A DNA stretch of 6,545 nt from the IMG/VR virus record IMGVR_UViG_2585427789_000011. One strand, written 5' to 3'. Positions 6,037 to 6,545 of this stretch are shown piece by piece (within the stretch, counting starts at the first letter, position 1; each line of letters opens with the position of its first letter). This DNA comes from a virus. Its lineage: Duplodnaviria > Heunggongvirae > Uroviricota > Caudoviricetes. The notes under the pieces are model-generated. The model searched no databases and was not told the origin of the DNA. It saw only the letters and a list, made by a program, of their open reading frames with translations. The translations under genes were made by a program, and so were the position numbers.

Positions 6037-6421
6037 TATCCACAGAGCCTAAAGTATGTGCATATGGATGTGCTATTGTGCGCCCTCGCAGATTTGCATC
6101 ATTTTCTAAATTCACTGAACGAAACAGGGCATCAACAAGGCTCTGTACAATGCAAAGGCAATCGAAGACTGTCGCCGTTTCTGTTTTGATTGATGAAAGA
6201 ACATGGCCATTCACGCAAACAGAAATTACCCGTTTATTAACATCGCTTTCCTGCTTTTGATTATCAGAACCATATAGCCCAGAAAAAGCATTGCGCACAT
6301 TACGAACCATATTATCGATGGTTTCTTTTTTGGTGTATGCCGGGTCAATTTTCACCAGACTATCACCGAGTGTCGTTGCAGCAATTATCTGGATTTCTTT
6401 TGGTAAATCTTTAAATTCCAT
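6014..6421 (-). CDS. Hypothetical protein, 135 aa, convergent with and overlapping the 77-aa gene by 23 nt
   Basis: ATG 6421 with GAGG 7 nt upstream; translation MEFKDLPKEIQIIAATTLGDSLVKIDPAYTKKETIDNMVRNVRNAFSGLYGSDNQ... protein-like; no HTH or other motif recognised. Not DicA-like despite the same length. Confidence 0.6.
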   Translation of the reverse strand: MEFKDLPKEIQIIAATTLGDSLVKIDPAYTKKETIDNMVRNVRNAFSGLYGSDNQKQESDVNKRVISVCVNGHVLSSIKTETATVFDCLCIVQSLVDALFRSVNLENDANLRGRTIAHPYAHTLGSVDIKDPTNL

Positions 6422-6443
6422 TATTAGCCTCGTTGGTTAACCA

Positions 6444-6545
6444 TTAACGTGGGTATGTAATCATTCTGGCAATGCTTAATGCCGCTGCTTTTTCCAGATT
6501 GGTGATATCCTGCTCCAGAGCGGACAGATTTTCAGCCTGCTTAGC
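6444..6545 (-). CDS. 3' end (33 codons) of an upstream minus-strand gene, product unknown
   Basis: Open frame from the window edge: ...AKQAENLSALEQDITNLEKAAALSIARMITYPR* with TAA at 6446-6444, 22 nt upstream of the 135-aa gene start. Too short to identify. Confidence 0.4.
   Translation of the reverse strand, partial: AKQAENLSALEQDITNLEKAAALSIARMITYPR

Noticed and set aside
6014-6421. Possibility that the 135-aa minus-strand protein is the DicA repressor (same length as K-12 DicA)
   Set aside because: Sequence shows no helix-turn-helix and does not resemble recalled DicA; the length match is coincidental.
5340-6449. 11-nt direct repeat AACCATTAACG at 5340-5350 and 6439-6449, each near a GTTAACC motif
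   Set aside because: Several exact 11-mer repeats are expected by chance in a 6.5-kb window; not significant without conservation evidence.

Overview
This window reads as the integrase-proximal (attL) end of a lambdoid, Qin/Kim-like prophage of Escherichia coli, with a truncated IS1 copy at the far left. From left to right: IS1 (1-521, insA complete, insB cut by the window edge); a 36-codon 5' fragment of an MFS-type transporter gene (570-680) that appears to be the disrupted host integration target; then a minus-strand phage early-left operon of tyrosine integrase (700-1980), excisionase-like protein (2015-2266), DEDDh 3'-5' exonuclease-domain protein (2339 to about 3418), two hypothetical proteins (3435-3779 and 3800-4804), a YdfD-like small membrane protein (4885-5088), the cell-division inhibitor DicB (5085-5273) and a DicF-like sRNA with its intrinsic terminator (about 5451-5509). 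Upstream of dicF the content differs from what I recall of E. coli K-12 Qin (ydfA-ydfB-ydfC): there is a roughly 280-bp G+C-rich, hairpin-dense segment with no credible ORF (5509-5790), a plus-strand 77-aa gene with a strong Shine-Dalgarno (5803-6036), a convergent 135-aa minus-strand gene overlapping it by 23 nt (6014-6421), and the 3' end of a further minus-strand gene (6444-6545). The best candidate for an undescribed module is this 5509-6421 block; I cannot assign it a function from sequence alone. All protein and RNA identifications rest on recalled sequences and motifs read by eye, not on database searches. I found no rRNA, tRNA or CRISPR array.
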